32,000 bases of DNA, from assembly GCF_000017945.1 (NCBI RefSeq), contig NC_009776.1:1050001-1082000 (forward strand). The letters run 5' to 3'. Under the pieces are notes generated by a model, which saw nothing but the letters and a program-made list of their open reading frames with translations, did not search any database and was not told the DNA's origin. Shown here in pieces: positions 31,791 to 32,000 of the stretch (within the stretch, counting starts at the first letter, position 1; each line of letters begins with the position of its first letter). Both the position numbers and the translations under genes were made by a program. The stretch comes from Ignicoccus hospitalis KIN4/I. GTDB taxonomy: Archaea > Thermoproteota > Thermoprotei_A > Sulfolobales > Ignicoccaceae.

Positions 31791-32000
31791 ATGGCTGAGG
31801 TCCTCGCTTTCGACAGCTCAGAGAAGCTTAAGGAGTACATCGAAAAGTTGAAGGATGAGCTCGAGGAGAGGGAAATGGTCGTCAAGAAGCTTATTGAGAG
31901 CTACGAAGAGGAGGTGGCAGAGCTCGAGGTGCTCAAGAAGATGGGGGCGAGCATACAAGAGGGGGACGCGACCTTAAAGCTCTCAATAGAGGGGGTACCC
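31791..32000 (+). CDS. hypothetical coiled-coil protein, 3' end beyond the window
   Basis: From the ATG at 31791, the frame stays open for 70 codons to the window edge. Composition is E/K/L-rich coding (MAEVLAFDSSEKLKEYIEKLKDELEERE...). It is not in the ORF track because no stop is reached. Confidence 0.4.
   Translation, partial: MAEVLAFDSSEKLKEYIEKLKDELEEREMVVKKLIESYEEEVAELEVLKKMGASIQEGDATLKLSIEGVP

Overview
The window is a gene-dense, GC-rich archaeal chromosome segment, most likely from a hyperthermophilic crenarchaeon. The basis is the gene content (LX, P0, L34e, Spt5, Rpp21, archaeal-type Adk), purine-rich AGG/AAG/GAG codon usage, a CRISPR repeat ending in GAAAG, and a tRNA with a non-canonical intron. 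Many neighbouring genes overlap by 4-50 nt, and GTG/TTG starts are common.

Core content:
- Left end: LX-pfdA-ftsY-secE-spt5-L11-L1-P0, followed by a convergent SPOUT methyltransferase and trm1.
- 6.9-7.9 kb: an AT-rich non-coding island holding tRNA-Lys(CUU) with a 32-nt intron, plus a four-repeat CRISPR array with no cas genes anywhere in the window.
- Middle: a flavodiiron protein, an SDR, an FkbM-methyltransferase/enolase-superfamily/orphan operon, and a tightly overlapped GDPD-like/rpp21/yhbY/phosphoesterase operon.
- Then a secY-adk-L34e fragment next to a structured intergenic RNA (H/ACA-like), and tRNA-Leu(UAA).
- Right half: an HDAC-family enzyme and an orphan 784-aa family-5 solute-binding protein. 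A ParA-like / BtuF-like / FecCD-like / moaC chain follows, with no ABC ATPase in the window.
- Right end: UPF0148, a cysteine hydrolase, thrB, and a GPN-GTPase / coiled-coil / DUF373 operon.

No integrase, transposase or cas gene was recognised.

The best candidates for an undescribed system are the ParA-like + ATPase-less type II importer + moaC chain, the FkbM/enolase/orphan operon, and the GPN/coiled-coil/DUF373 operon.

All functional calls rest on motif recognition by eye. No database search was possible.
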